IMG/VR virus record: IMGVR_UViG_3300046007_002820
Location: 325 to 64,324 of that record
Source of the DNA: a virus
Lineage: Duplodnaviria > Caudoviricetes
DNA: 64,000 bases
Direction: 5' to 3' (one strand)
In this document: one piece after another, positions 17,556 through 26,690 of the stretch
Numbering within the stretch: the first letter of the stretch is position 1
Layout of the letters: every line of letters starts with the position of its first letter
Notes under the pieces: generated by a model
The model's input: only the letters and a program-made list of their open reading frames with translations
Database searches by the model: none
Told to the model about the DNA's origin: nothing
Position numbers and translations under genes: made by a program

Positions 17556-19811
17556 TTGAAAGTAACAAAGAGAGATGGAACAAGAGTCGATCTAGATATC
17601 GAAAAGATTCACGAAGCGTGTAGATGGGCGTGTGAAGGTATTGAAGATGTTTCCGTCTCAAGTCTACAGTTGGCATCCGGACTAAAGCTCTATAACAATA
17701 TCAAGAGCTCAGATATTCAAGAGACGCTCATCCGTTCTGCTGCTGATCTGATCACTGAAGACTCCCCGAACTATCAGTATGTTGCATCGAAACTTCTGCT
17801 TTGGTCTCTCTATAAAGAGGTTTACGGATCGCTCGAAAAGTATAGTCTGACTAAACTAATTGAACAAAATGTAAACCTTGGGTTCTATACATCCGAACTT
17901 CTAGAATGGTATTCTCCCGACGAACTCGATTGGTTCGATGGGCATATCATTCATGATCGAGACTACGACATTCCTTATGCTGGAATGGAACTCATGCGGA
18001 CAAAGTATCTAATCAGAAACCGAATGACCAGCCGTATTCTCGAGACGCCGCAAATGGCTTTCATGCTCATCGCAATGACGTTCTTCCACAAATACGAGAA
18101 GAAGCGTCGTCTAGAATATGTCGTGAATTTCTATAATGCTCTGTCTCAATTTGAGCTGTCACTACCGACGCCGATTATGGCGGGTATGCGAACTCCCGAG
18201 AAGCAATTCTCATCCTGTACTTTGATCGAAGCCGATGATAATCTGAATTCTATTTTCTCGACTGCGACTGCGATCGGTCTCTATGTTGCAAAGAAGGCCG
18301 GAATTGGCATCGGCGGCGGAGCTTTGCGCGGCTTTGGTTCACCAATTCGCGGCGGCCAATCTACACATACTGGCGTGTTCTCATTCTATCGTTTGTGGGA
18401 AGCAGCTGTTCAGTCTTGTAATCAAGGTGGAGTTCGTAAAGGCTCTGGTAATCTGAACTACGTCGGCTGGCATCAGGAATTCAAAGATCTGATCGTCCTG
18501 AAAAACAATAAAGGAACTCCAGAAAACCGTATCAACAATCTAGATTATACTGTTCAGCTTTCCAGACTCTTCTACGAGCGTCTGATTGAAGGTGGTGATA
18601 TTACCTTCTTCTCACCATCGGACGTGCCAGGACTGTACGAAGCCTTCTTCGAGAATGAAGATAAGTTCCAGGACTTGTACAAAAAGTATGAGAATAACAA
18701 GAAAATCCGAAAAACTTCCATGAAGGCTCTGGAGTTCTTCACGACTCTGATGACGGAGCGTAAGGAAACCGGCCGAATCTATATCATGAACGTCGATCAT
18801 GTGAATTCTCACGGCTCGTTCATTCCTGAACTTGCTCCGATTAGAATGACCAATCTTTGCACGGAAGTTACACTTCCAACCAAACCATTCGAGAATCCGT
18901 TCGATGGGTCCGGAGAAATCGCGCTTTGCGTATTGGCTGCTATTAATGCGGGGAAACTGAATGACCAGAATAAAGATCTTATCCGTCTTGCTGATTTGCT
19001 TGTGCGCGCTCTTGATGAGCTCTTGGATTATCAGGAATATCCTGTTGCTGCTGGGGCTCATGGTGCTCTTCGGAGGCGTAGCCTTGGTATTGGGATTACT
19101 GGATTTTCGCACTGGAAAGCCAAGAATAACATTCGATACAATTCTATCACTTCTGAAGATTACGAAAAAATCGACGACTTTGCACAAGCCTGGTCTTATG
19201 CACTCATTAGAGCGTCGGTCGAGGTCGCAAAAGAAAAAGGACCATGTGATCTAATCAGTCATACAAAGTATGCTGGTGGAGTGCTACCGATTGATACATA
19301 CAAGAAAGAAGTCGACGAGATTGTTCCTCATAAAGATAAACAGGATTGGGGATCACTTCGAGATGATCTAAGCAACTACGGCATTCGAAACTCTACGCTC
19401 ATGGCTTTCATGCCAGCCGAAACTTCGAGTCTCATTTCCAATTCTACGAATGGTATCGAAGATCCGCGTGGTCCGATCTCAATCAAGATCAACAAAGATC
19501 AGGTATCAAAGCAAGTCGTTCCGGAAATCAAGAAATATGGACGACGCTACGATTACCTGTGGAATCAGAATTCACCTATTCCTTATCTGAAGACTATGGC
19601 GATTTTCCAAAAATATATGGATCAGTCGATCTCGGTCAATACATCTTACAATCCGAAAAACTTCCCGGGCGATGAGATTTCTATGAATACTCTTCTGCAG
19701 GATCTATTGACCTTTTATAAATACGGTGGGAAATGCCTCTATTACTTCAACACCAACGATAATGCTGGGGAGGAAGAAACCGAAGAAGGTTGTGACACTT
19801 GTGTCATTTGA
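17556..19811 (+). CDS. nrdA: ribonucleotide reductase class Ia large subunit
   Basis: ATP-cone VTKRDG, PTPIMAG, QFSSC, NLCTE, RNSTLMAFMPAETSS, C-terminal CDTC. Confidence 0.97.
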   Translation: MKVTKRDGTRVDLDIEKIHEACRWACEGIEDVSVSSLQLASGLKLYNNIKSSDIQETLIRSAADLITEDSPNYQYVASKLLLWSLYKEVYGSLEKYSLTKLIEQNVNLGFYTSELLEWYSPDELDWFDGHIIHDRDYDIPYAGMELMRTKYLIRNRMTSRILETPQMAFMLIAMTFFHKYEKKRRLEYVVNFYNALSQFELSLPTPIMAGMRTPEKQFSSCTLIEADDNLNSIFSTATAIGLYVAKKAGIGIGGGALRGFGSPIRGGQSTHTGVFSFYRLWEAAVQSCNQGGVRKGSGNLNYVGWHQEFKDLIVLKNNKGTPENRINNLDYTVQLSRLFYERLIEGGDITFFSPSDVPGLYEAFFENEDKFQDLYKKYENNKKIRKTSMKALEFFTTLMTERKETGRIYIMNVDHVNSHGSFIPELAPIRMTNLCTEVTLPTKPFENPFDGSGEIALCVLAAINAGKLNDQNKDLIRLADLLVRALDELLDYQEYPVAAGAHGALRRRSLGIGITGFSHWKAKNNIRYNSITSEDYEKIDDFAQAWSYALIRASVEVAKEKGPCDLISHTKYAGGVLPIDTYKKEVDEIVPHKDKQDWGSLRDDLSNYGIRNSTLMAFMPAETSSLISNSTNGIEDPRGPISIKINKDQVSKQVVPEIKKYGRRYDYLWNQNSPIPYLKTMAIFQKYMDQSISVNTSYNPKNFPGDEISMNTLLQDLLTFYKYGGKCLYYFNTNDNAGEEETEEGCDTCVI

Positions 19812-19814
19812 GGC

Positions 19815-19843
19815 TTTACAAATAGAAAGGAGTGACTTAGAAT
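19815..19843 (+). promoter_or_regulatory. sigma70-like promoter upstream of nrdB
   Basis: TTTACA-17nt-TAGAAT. Confidence 0.6.
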
Positions 19844-19927
19844 GGAACTGTTCATTCTCGGTATGATCACGCTGACGTTTGCGTTGTTCTACGCGCCAGC
19901 GTTTTGTGATTAACATTAAGGAGTAAG

Positions 19928-21031
19928 ATGTCGTATTCAGTTTTTGATATTTCGGAGCGCAATACGTCGAAAGAACCAAGATTATTCTTAGGTCCTACGG
20001 CGACTATTGCGCGCTACGACAAGGTTCGGTATCCACAATTCCTGAAACTTGCGCGTAAACAAGAGGGATTCTTCTGGCAGCCAGAAGAGGTTTCACTCGA
20101 GAGGGATATCAAAGACTTCAAGAGTCTGACGAAAGAAGAAGAGCATATCTTCACGTCCAATCTGAAACGGCAAATTCTACTAGATTCGGTCCAAGGGCGA
20201 GCTTTATCTCTTGCCTTTGGACCGGTCACATCTGACCCTGAACTCGAAGGCTGGTGGAAAGTTCAGGAGTATTTCGAGCGTATTCATAATCGCACATACT
20301 CTTATCTGCTGCAGAACGTCTATCCAAATCCGTCGAAAGTGTTCGATGAGATGTTGGAAATTCAAGAAATCGTGGACTGCGCTAAGAGTGTTTCGAAAGA
20401 ATACGATAGACTTATTGATTATAATGCCACGACTAATCTGTCTATGTGGTCACCGTCTCGGGATTACAAATATGCTGTTAAAGAACAAATCTGGCGGACT
20501 ATTCACGCAGTTAATGCTTTAGAAGGTATTCGGTTCTATGTATCTTTCATCTGCTCCTGGGCATTTGCTGAACAGGGTAAAATGGAAGGTAATGCGAAAC
20601 TCATCAAGTTCATTGCTCGAGATGAAAACATCCATCTTGGAGTGACTCAGCAACTCATCAAGCTTCTTCCCAAAGATGATCCAGAATTTGAACGAATTCA
20701 GCGATTTGATGCTGAATACATTCAGCAATTGTTCACTGAAGTCGTGAACCAGGAAAAAGCATGGGCCAAATACCTATTCTCGACCGGTTCAATGCTTGGA
20801 CTCAACGAAGAAATCCTGTACGAGTATGTCGATTATATCGCAGCGAAACGTGCTCGCGCCGTGGGCATTCAAGGATTCAAGAATGTTCAAAATCCTCTAC
20901 CTTGGGATGCGAAATGGATCGCAGGCGCTGAAATTCAAGTAGCTCCTCAGGAAACTCAGATCAATTCCTATACTGTCGGGGATATCAAAAACGACGCATC
21001 ATCAGATTCATTCAAAGGATTTTCATTGTGA
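19928..21031 (+). CDS. nrdB: ribonucleotide reductase class Ia small subunit
   Basis: FFWQPEEV, QILLDSVQGR, ERIHNRTY, LEGIRFYVSF, IARDENIH, VAPQE. Confidence 0.97.
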   Translation: MSYSVFDISERNTSKEPRLFLGPTATIARYDKVRYPQFLKLARKQEGFFWQPEEVSLERDIKDFKSLTKEEEHIFTSNLKRQILLDSVQGRALSLAFGPVTSDPELEGWWKVQEYFERIHNRTYSYLLQNVYPNPSKVFDEMLEIQEIVDCAKSVSKEYDRLIDYNATTNLSMWSPSRDYKYAVKEQIWRTIHAVNALEGIRFYVSFICSWAFAEQGKMEGNAKLIKFIARDENIHLGVTQQLIKLLPKDDPEFERIQRFDAEYIQQLFTEVVNQEKAWAKYLFSTGSMLGLNEEILYEYVDYIAAKRARAVGIQGFKNVQNPLPWDAKWIAGAEIQVAPQETQINSYTVGDIKNDASSDSFKGFSL

Positions 21032-21725
21032 CAAGAGAAGGATGTTTATGTCTTTTATGGCTAGAAAGTCCACTTGGTCCTTTTACTTTTAAGTTGCATA
21101 CATCACAAATCATGTCAATTTGAGAATGATGTCTACCTTCTGACAGTAATTTACTATTACGTTCTTTAGCAAACAAAGAACCTTTTTCTCCAGAAAATTG
21201 ATGAACACCTCGTGCGACTCTATCTTGTTGAAATTTTGATCCGAGAAAATGATGAGTGCCATTTTCTACCATAGTCTTATTTCTTTTAATCGCATTCGCA
21301 GTACCGAGTACACCTGCAAAAGGATGGGTTCCTTCTAATATACGCTTTTTATTACTTTCCGAAGAACATTTTGACCGTTTTAATCTGAATTCTTGGGATT
21401 CCCAGCAGGTCGGCACTCTTCCGTCGTTGTTATGTTTATTGAGATAATCTTCTCGTGATCTAACGTCTAGTTTATTCAATACACGCGTTTCCCAAGAATA
21501 ACATGCTGTTTGATTCTCGCCAAATATTTTTCGAATTTGTATCACGTCTGGATCACCATTTTGTTCGATGTATTTGTTAACAATTTTAGATGAGGTGAAA
21601 TATGTAACCCACAAATCGTCGGGATGGCAATTCCGCGCCCATTTGCCACCATAATATTTCATGTTGGTTTTAAACCATTTCAATAGATATGTATAGCAAA
21701 TCCAAGGTCTGATATAAGTATTCAT
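21012..21725 (-). CDS. free-standing GIY-YIG-family (Seg-like) homing endonuclease
   Basis: YTYLLKW...YYGG...DLWVTYFTSS...E.RVL N-terminal domain; G(T/V/R)H(P/H/Q) repeats; C-terminal CDVC...H...H zinc finger; start ATG 21725 with AGGAGA SD; AT-rich. Confidence 0.75.
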   Translation of the reverse strand: MNTYIRPWICYTYLLKWFKTNMKYYGGKWARNCHPDDLWVTYFTSSKIVNKYIEQNGDPDVIQIRKIFGENQTACYSWETRVLNKLDVRSREDYLNKHNNDGRVPTCWESQEFRLKRSKCSSESNKKRILEGTHPFAGVLGTANAIKRNKTMVENGTHHFLGSKFQQDRVARGVHQFSGEKGSLFAKERNSKLLSEGRHHSQIDMICDVCNLKVKGPSGLSSHKRHKHPSLVTMKIL

Positions 21726-21802
21726 TGCTGGAGTTCTCCTGTTCAAGCAGTTGAGATCTAGTGGTAGTGGATGCGTCAACATCGCGACTACCAAGTATTT
21801 AG
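21726..21802 (-). promoter_or_regulatory. late promoter plus structured 5' leader of endonuclease gene (copy 1)
   Basis: Minus strand: CTAAATA-CTT-GGTAGT-CGC-GATG-TTGACG-CATC-C-ACTACC-ACTAG...AGGAGA-ACT-CCAGC-A-ATG; covaries with the copy at 39480-39541. Confidence 0.75.
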
Positions 21803-21807
21803 GAGAT

Positions 21808-22341
21808 ATGATGTTAACATTGAAAGAAACGAGATATAACGAATTATACATGGATATCGCTAATCGAGTATCCAAAATGTCTTATGCTAAAAGATTGCAT
21901 GTTGGAGCCTTGATTGTGAAAGATGGTAATATTATTTCCATGGGCTGGAACGGTCAACCAGCAGGATTTGATAATATATGCGAAGAATTGAATGCAGATG
22001 GCAGTTTAACTACACTGCCGACAGTTATGCACGCCGAATTTAATTCTATACGAAAAATAGCTAGAAGCACAGAATCCGCAGAAAATGCTACCATGTATTG
22101 CACTCACGCTGCATGTTTGCAATGTGCTCTTTTGATTTATGGCTCTGGAATCAGCACGTTCATATACGGTCAAGATTATCGAGATTCTTCAGGATTGGAT
22201 TTTCTTCGCCGAGCTGGTGTGACTGTTCTGAAACACAAAGAAGCATATACGCTAGCATCGGTTGATTGGCGAAATGCTTACAACGAACCAACTCGAATGC
22301 ATATGTTGGAGGATCATTTCTATGACAACAGCGAAGATTAG
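21808..22341 (+). CDS. cd: dCMP deaminase
   Basis: VGALIVKDGNIISMGWNG, HAEFN, CLQC; AGGAG SD before ATG 21808. Confidence 0.92.
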   Translation: MMLTLKETRYNELYMDIANRVSKMSYAKRLHVGALIVKDGNIISMGWNGQPAGFDNICEELNADGSLTTLPTVMHAEFNSIRKIARSTESAENATMYCTHAACLQCALLIYGSGISTFIYGQDYRDSSGLDFLRRAGVTVLKHKEAYTLASVDWRNAYNEPTRMHMLEDHFYDNSED

Positions 22342-22394
22342 ATTCGAGTAATCACTAAGTTCTTTCAATAGTTTCAATTAGATAGGAAATATCA

Positions 22395-22541
22395 ATGAGC
22401 TCTTGGAAAGAATGTAATTCCTGCAACGAAGAATATCAGGTCATCGGCGGATCGCTAGATACTCCAGCAGTATTCTGCCCGTTCTGTGGAACAGTCGTAG
22501 AAGATGACGAAGATCTCTTCCCAGAAGAAGATGAAGAATGA
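22395..22541 (+). CDS. small zinc-ribbon protein with acidic tail (not in ORF track)
   Basis: MSSWKECNSC...FCPFCG...EDDEDLFPEEDEE; AGGA SD; ATGA overlap with the next gene. Confidence 0.75.
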   Translation: MSSWKECNSCNEEYQVIGGSLDTPAVFCPFCGTVVEDDEDLFPEEDEE

Positions 22542-23032
22542 TTCGCCGCTTCGCAGAGATTCTCAAAGAGAGCTCTGAATCTCCCAAATTCAGACGGGAT
22601 AATCCCGGTGGTGATTGGCTCAAACATAAGCAAGAAGATGCCAATACCAACTATCATCGAAGAAAAGGTCTGAATGGAGCTACGACTGGGTATTTCAACA
22701 AAAATTTGCATCTCCCAGTATCAAAACTTCACAAACTCCCTGGCGCGATGGATGAACATAAGTTCAGACATGAAGGTCCGAAAGCAGAGCGTCTAGCGAA
22801 ACAAATTGGCCATCCGAAGAATTTCAATTCCAAAGACCACCCAATCATGATCGGTGTAAACCATCGTGGCGAGCCTCATGTTATGGAAGGTAACCATCGA
22901 CTCGCGTATGCACACAAACATGGAATTTCACATATTCACGCAGAAGTGAAATACTATAACGGCGGCGAAGATCATCCTCATCTCGGCGATTTCCATCCTC
23001 ACGAGCTTCTAAAACATCACAAAGATGACTAA
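22538..23032 (+). CDS. His-rich ParB/Srx-like domain protein
   Basis: PIMIGV...HVMEGNHRLAYA...I.AEV ParB-N motif; MIRRFAEILKE leader. Confidence 0.7.
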   Translation: MIRRFAEILKESSESPKFRRDNPGGDWLKHKQEDANTNYHRRKGLNGATTGYFNKNLHLPVSKLHKLPGAMDEHKFRHEGPKAERLAKQIGHPKNFNSKDHPIMIGVNHRGEPHVMEGNHRLAYAHKHGISHIHAEVKYYNGGEDHPHLGDFHPHELLKHHKDD

Positions 23033-23570
23033 CATCATTACCTCTGGCGTGGATTATTCCATGACCAGTCCCGCGATCACATTACATGATTCCAATACCG
23101 ACGAATTCACGTATCATTTCTATACGACAGATAAGAAACTGGAATGGAAACATCCGTTCTATGGAACTCTGGCAAAGCCTTTCTCGAACAATCAAGAACG
23201 ATTCGACCGTCTTAGCGATTGGGCTCTGAGTATCTTATGTAAGTCTGACAAGATTGCGATAGAAGATTACGCGTTCGCTGCCAAAGGTATGACGTTCACC
23301 ATGGGTGAAAATACCGGACTGTTGAAACTCAAACTCTGGAAAGCTGGTCTGAATTTTGAATTGGTTTCTCCTCCCAGCCTGAAGAAATTCGCCGCAGGTA
23401 AGGGCAACTCCAACAAAGATCAGATGGAGACGGCGTATTTCCTGGATCAGGGAATCTGGATTCGTTCCGAGATCAATCAGAAAGAGACATCCGAGAATCC
23501 GTCATCAGACATCATCGACTCCTACTTTCTTTGTCTTTGGGCTTTACAAAGGCCAACATCTAAGGTATAA
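23025..23570 (+). CDS. RuvC-like nuclease (putative Holliday junction resolvase)
   Basis: GVDYSMTSPAI, IAIEDY, PPSLKKFAAGKGNSNKDQM, SDIIDSY. Confidence 0.8.
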   Translation: MTNIITSGVDYSMTSPAITLHDSNTDEFTYHFYTTDKKLEWKHPFYGTLAKPFSNNQERFDRLSDWALSILCKSDKIAIEDYAFAAKGMTFTMGENTGLLKLKLWKAGLNFELVSPPSLKKFAAGKGNSNKDQMETAYFLDQGIWIRSEINQKETSENPSSDIIDSYFLCLWALQRPTSKV

Positions 23571-23571
23571 T
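23543..23571 (+). promoter_or_regulatory. sigma70-like early promoter
   Basis: TTTACA-17nt-TATAAT. Confidence 0.7.
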
Positions 23572-23600
23572 CAAGCCTTCACTAGAGGAGGTTCATACTT

Positions 23601-23852
23601 ATGCCGAAGGTCATTAAGCAAAAGCCGGAACTTCAGTGGGTTCAGGTTTCCGGCCGCGCGACTATATCGCTCGGGTTTGACCGGGCCGAGCTGTTGCGTT
23701 CGTTCCCCGAAAAGAAGGTTGATAGCCTGTCCGACCGCGAGCTGATTAAGTTAGCTATCGCTCACGGCAGCTTCACGGTGTTCCCCGATAAGGACGGCTG
23801 GGTGGTGGAAACCGAAGTTAAGCAACCCGCGAAGCTGGTCGATTTATGCTAA
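23601..23852 (+). CDS. hypothetical protein
   Basis: GAGGAGG SD; downstream of promoter. Confidence 0.7.
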   Translation: MPKVIKQKPELQWVQVSGRATISLGFDRAELLRSFPEKKVDSLSDRELIKLAIAHGSFTVFPDKDGWVVETEVKQPAKLVDLC

Positions 23853-23995
23853 TCTTCGTTGTAATATTCAAAGGTGTTCCCGTCGGGTATGTCAAAGCCG
23901 ATTCTGAGCAAGAAGCTCGTATCGTCGCAGCATCATATGGATTCAATGAATACGGTGAACCTCCGGTAGTCTTAGAGCTTGAAGAGTTAGATTAG
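23846..23995 (+). CDS. small hypothetical protein (not in ORF track)
   Basis: MLIFVVIFKGVPVGYVKADSEQEARIVAA...; fills the gap between genes. Confidence 0.5.
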   Translation: MLIFVVIFKGVPVGYVKADSEQEARIVAASYGFNEYGEPPVVLELEELD

Positions 23996-24006
23996 GAGAT
24001 AATGAT

Positions 24007-24243
24007 ATGGATGATGGATACAATCAGTATCGATTCTACAAAATGTTCCGACCGTTCGGGAAGAACGGCATTCTGATACTTGTCTCGGTTTTCGATCAAT
24101 GTGCAGGTGACGATGTAATGCGGCAACGTTGGATCAAGAATGTGGGATTTTTCGAGCCAAGATTCAACTGGAAGTCACTCAGAAAGACTCTTGAAGTTGG
24201 GTTCGAATGTCGCGGGTATCTTTGTACGGTATTCTTCGAATGA
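24007..24243 (+). CDS. hypothetical protein
   Basis: AGGAG SD. Confidence 0.55.
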   Translation: MDDGYNQYRFYKMFRPFGKNGILILVSVFDQCAGDDVMRQRWIKNVGFFEPRFNWKSLRKTLEVGFECRGYLCTVFFE

Positions 24244-24668
24244 AAAGAGTCTTATATGAACATAAACACGCTCGCTGGCTAAAGATTGAATCGACCGAAG
24301 AAGGTCCCGACCGGTGGGGAAAAACCCAACACAAATGGTGGATCGAAGGATACTATTCCAAAGATAGAGGGATTGGGGAATTAGTCTTTGTGAATAACGA
24401 AGATCGCGATGCGCCGATTTTTGTAGTCATCGTAGATTATAATACCGCAGATTCTTACACTTCAGATTGTGGTAAGTATTCGGTGATCGATGCATTCTCA
24501 ACTCGAGAAAAGGCTGAGGCTCTGGTCGAAATTATGGAAACTTCGGATTCAGAACCGTTTTCATATGTCAACGATTTTGGTGAGACTATCAAGGTAGGCT
24601 GGTCACCGTGGGTCGGTTATTTTGAAACGATCAATCATACGTCGGTTTATAAAGTGAATTCGCTGTAA
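24240..24668 (+). CDS. hypothetical protein
   Basis: ATGA overlap at 24240. Confidence 0.55.
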   Translation: MKRVLYEHKHARWLKIESTEEGPDRWGKTQHKWWIEGYYSKDRGIGELVFVNNEDRDAPIFVVIVDYNTADSYTSDCGKYSVIDAFSTREKAEALVEIMETSDSEPFSYVNDFGETIKVGWSPWVGYFETINHTSVYKVNSL

Positions 24669-24676
24669 AGGAGCTT

Positions 24677-25687
24677 ATGATGCACAAGTTTCCATCTATC
24701 GAGCAATTTTCGAACTGTATTCGAACCGTAAAAGAACGTGTTCGCTGGCAGGGCAAAGATGCCGACGGTAATCCGATTTACGATGATACTGTCACTCTTC
24801 CGAAAATTCGATTCCGCGGAACTGTGAAGATTCACGGGACCAATGCTGCGATTCATTTCAATCGTGCAATTGGTGAAATCAACTACCAGTCCCGCGAACG
24901 AGTCCTCACGCTAGAGCAGGACAATTGCGGTTTCATGCTCCACATGAAGCAACACGAAGAACTGCTGTGGGAAATGACCGAATATCTTTGGGACGATGGC
25001 TTCATCGATGAACTCGTTGTCTACGGAGAATGGTGCGGTAAAGGTATTCAGAAAGGCGTAGCTGTCAACGAACTCGATAAGATGTTCGTTGCATTTGCCA
25101 TCTATCAGGTTGGTTCGGGCTGGGTGAAGATGTCTTCGGAAGAAGCTCGAGATTTTCGATTCGAAGAAGCTCGAATCTTCAACATCATGGATTTTCCGAC
25201 TTGGGAGATTACGGTAGATTTTGCACAACCCGAACTGGTTCAAAACAAACTCATTGCCATCACTGAAGAAGTTGAACGCCAATGTCCTGTCGGCAAATTC
25301 TTCGGCGTCGAGGGCATCGGTGAAGGTGTAGTCTGGACGCCAATTAAGAATCATACCGGAGCGCCGCCATTCAAAGTGAAGGGTGAGAAGCATTCTGTAT
25401 CTAAGGTAAAGTCTCTGGCTCCTGTTGATCTTGAAGCGATTCAGAATGCTCAGAAGTTCGTAGAAGAAGTCGTGACCGAAGCTCGTCTGGAACAAGGTCT
25501 TTGGTGGCTAGAACATGAGGCTCTCAAGCCTATCGCTCCGACTTCCACTGGCGACTTTATTCGTTGGGTCTATAACGATATCATGAAGGAAGAAGAAACT
25601 CGAATTGTAGAAGCTCAAATTGATCCAAAGAAGATTGGTGCACTTGTTGCGAATGCTGCTCGACCCTGGTTTCTGAAAAGGTTGTGA
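24677..25687 (+). CDS. RNA ligase (Rnl2-like)
   Basis: Motif I KIHGTNA, VYGEWCG.GIQKGV, GEGVVW, FKVKGEKH. Confidence 0.85.
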   Translation: MMHKFPSIEQFSNCIRTVKERVRWQGKDADGNPIYDDTVTLPKIRFRGTVKIHGTNAAIHFNRAIGEINYQSRERVLTLEQDNCGFMLHMKQHEELLWEMTEYLWDDGFIDELVVYGEWCGKGIQKGVAVNELDKMFVAFAIYQVGSGWVKMSSEEARDFRFEEARIFNIMDFPTWEITVDFAQPELVQNKLIAITEEVERQCPVGKFFGVEGIGEGVVWTPIKNHTGAPPFKVKGEKHSVSKVKSLAPVDLEAIQNAQKFVEEVVTEARLEQGLWWLEHEALKPIAPTSTGDFIRWVYNDIMKEEETRIVEAQIDPKKIGALVANAARPWFLKRL

Positions 25688-25734
25688 GGTTATAGTTTAA
25701 GTATAATCTATCCGGTCTAGGAGAAAATTATACC

Positions 25735-25763
25735 TTTACATTATCCTCATCTTGAGGTATAGT
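25735..25763 (+). promoter_or_regulatory. sigma70-like early promoter
   Basis: TTTACA-17nt-TATAGT. Confidence 0.65.
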
Positions 25764-25787
25764 AGGTCTAAAGATAGGAGAAATTAG

Positions 25788-26198
25788 ATGGCTGATCTGA
25801 GCGATTTTGTTGGCGAATATATCTTCACGCTTATTCCAGATTGTAGCGAAGTTCACCAAACAGATGCGACGGTAGTTTCGTTTGGGTTGGATAATATGGT
25901 CATCTTCGTACATGAAAATCCTTCTGATGGATACAGAAGTCATGTTGGTGATGTTGTCGTTGCCGGTCTGGCAGACTGTTCGAAAGTTCATAATCGCATT
26001 CTTCCAGTCAATCAATATGTGATTTGTGAATTTTCTGATTCGTGTGACGAAGATATTTTGCGAATTAGATCAGCGAAAACAGGATTGTTGATTTTCATAA
26101 TTGGAACTGATAGTGCGGATGATTACTATCCGTGTTTCGTTTGGACCTATTATCCGGAAAATTTAGATGCTAATCAGGAGATGAATGAAAATGCCTAA
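25788..26198 (+). CDS. hypothetical protein
   Basis: AGGAG SD; ENPSDGYRS...GTD..DDYYPCF motif. Confidence 0.7.
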   Translation: MADLSDFVGEYIFTLIPDCSEVHQTDATVVSFGLDNMVIFVHENPSDGYRSHVGDVVVAGLADCSKVHNRILPVNQYVICEFSDSCDEDILRIRSAKTGLLIFIIGTDSADDYYPCFVWTYYPENLDANQEMNENA

Positions 26199-26529
26199 GA
26201 CTTACGAAGAAATCATGGAATCTGATGAAGATTTTGTTGTCGATGAACTCATGAATTTGGGCTTTGCGAAGCTCTATGCGTTATATGATACTGGCAATCC
26301 TAAGCCACGTCTAAGCTGGTGGGAACTGGCTAATGGCACCCAAATTTATCTTCACCTGTTTGAAAATGTCGCTAAGAAAGAGGGCGTATCTAGGTCCGAA
26401 TGGATTAAAATCATGGGGCCATTTCGAACTCAATTCTGGCAGTATCCATTCGGTGGATTTTGGTTCTCGGTAACCATTCTAAGCTGTCAGTTTGCACTCG
26501 ATTATGATCCAGGGAGGTATTACGGATGA
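26185..26529 (+). CDS. hypothetical protein
   Basis: Co-directional ORF with AGGAG SD. Confidence 0.55.
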   Translation: MKMPKTYEEIMESDEDFVVDELMNLGFAKLYALYDTGNPKPRLSWWELANGTQIYLHLFENVAKKEGVSRSEWIKIMGPFRTQFWQYPFGGFWFSVTILSCQFALDYDPGRYYG

Positions 26530-26690
26530 TCATCCGTAAAGAATACGAATTTCCAGTTCTTGAAAAAGACGGCATCAAAGCTGTCGAACAAACTTGGCTA
26601 GAACTCAAGCGTAAACGTCGTGAAGAAGAACTGAGCGAGGCGGAGCTCGACTGGTTCGATTATGCAAACAACATCCTGTTAACAGCATGA
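26526..26690 (+). CDS. small hypothetical protein (not in ORF track)
   Basis: GGAGG SD; MIIRKEYEFPVLEKDG...; ATGA overlaps on both sides. Confidence 0.6.
   Translation: MIIRKEYEFPVLEKDGIKAVEQTWLELKRKRREEELSEAELDWFDYANNILLTA

Noticed and set aside
19842-19913. 23-aa hydrophobic ORF between nrdA and nrdB
   Set aside because: It has an SD-like sequence, but its ATG overlaps the -10 of the predicted nrdB promoter and it is too short to support without homologues.
17556-21031. Introns or inteins in td, nrdA or nrdB
   Set aside because: All are uninterrupted and of normal length; the nearby endonuclease is free-standing.
21726-21875. Track N-terminal extensions of the endonuclease (to 21875) and dCMP deaminase (from 21751)
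   Set aside because: SD positions support starts at 21725 (-) and 21808 (+); the interval holds the structured leader and promoter.
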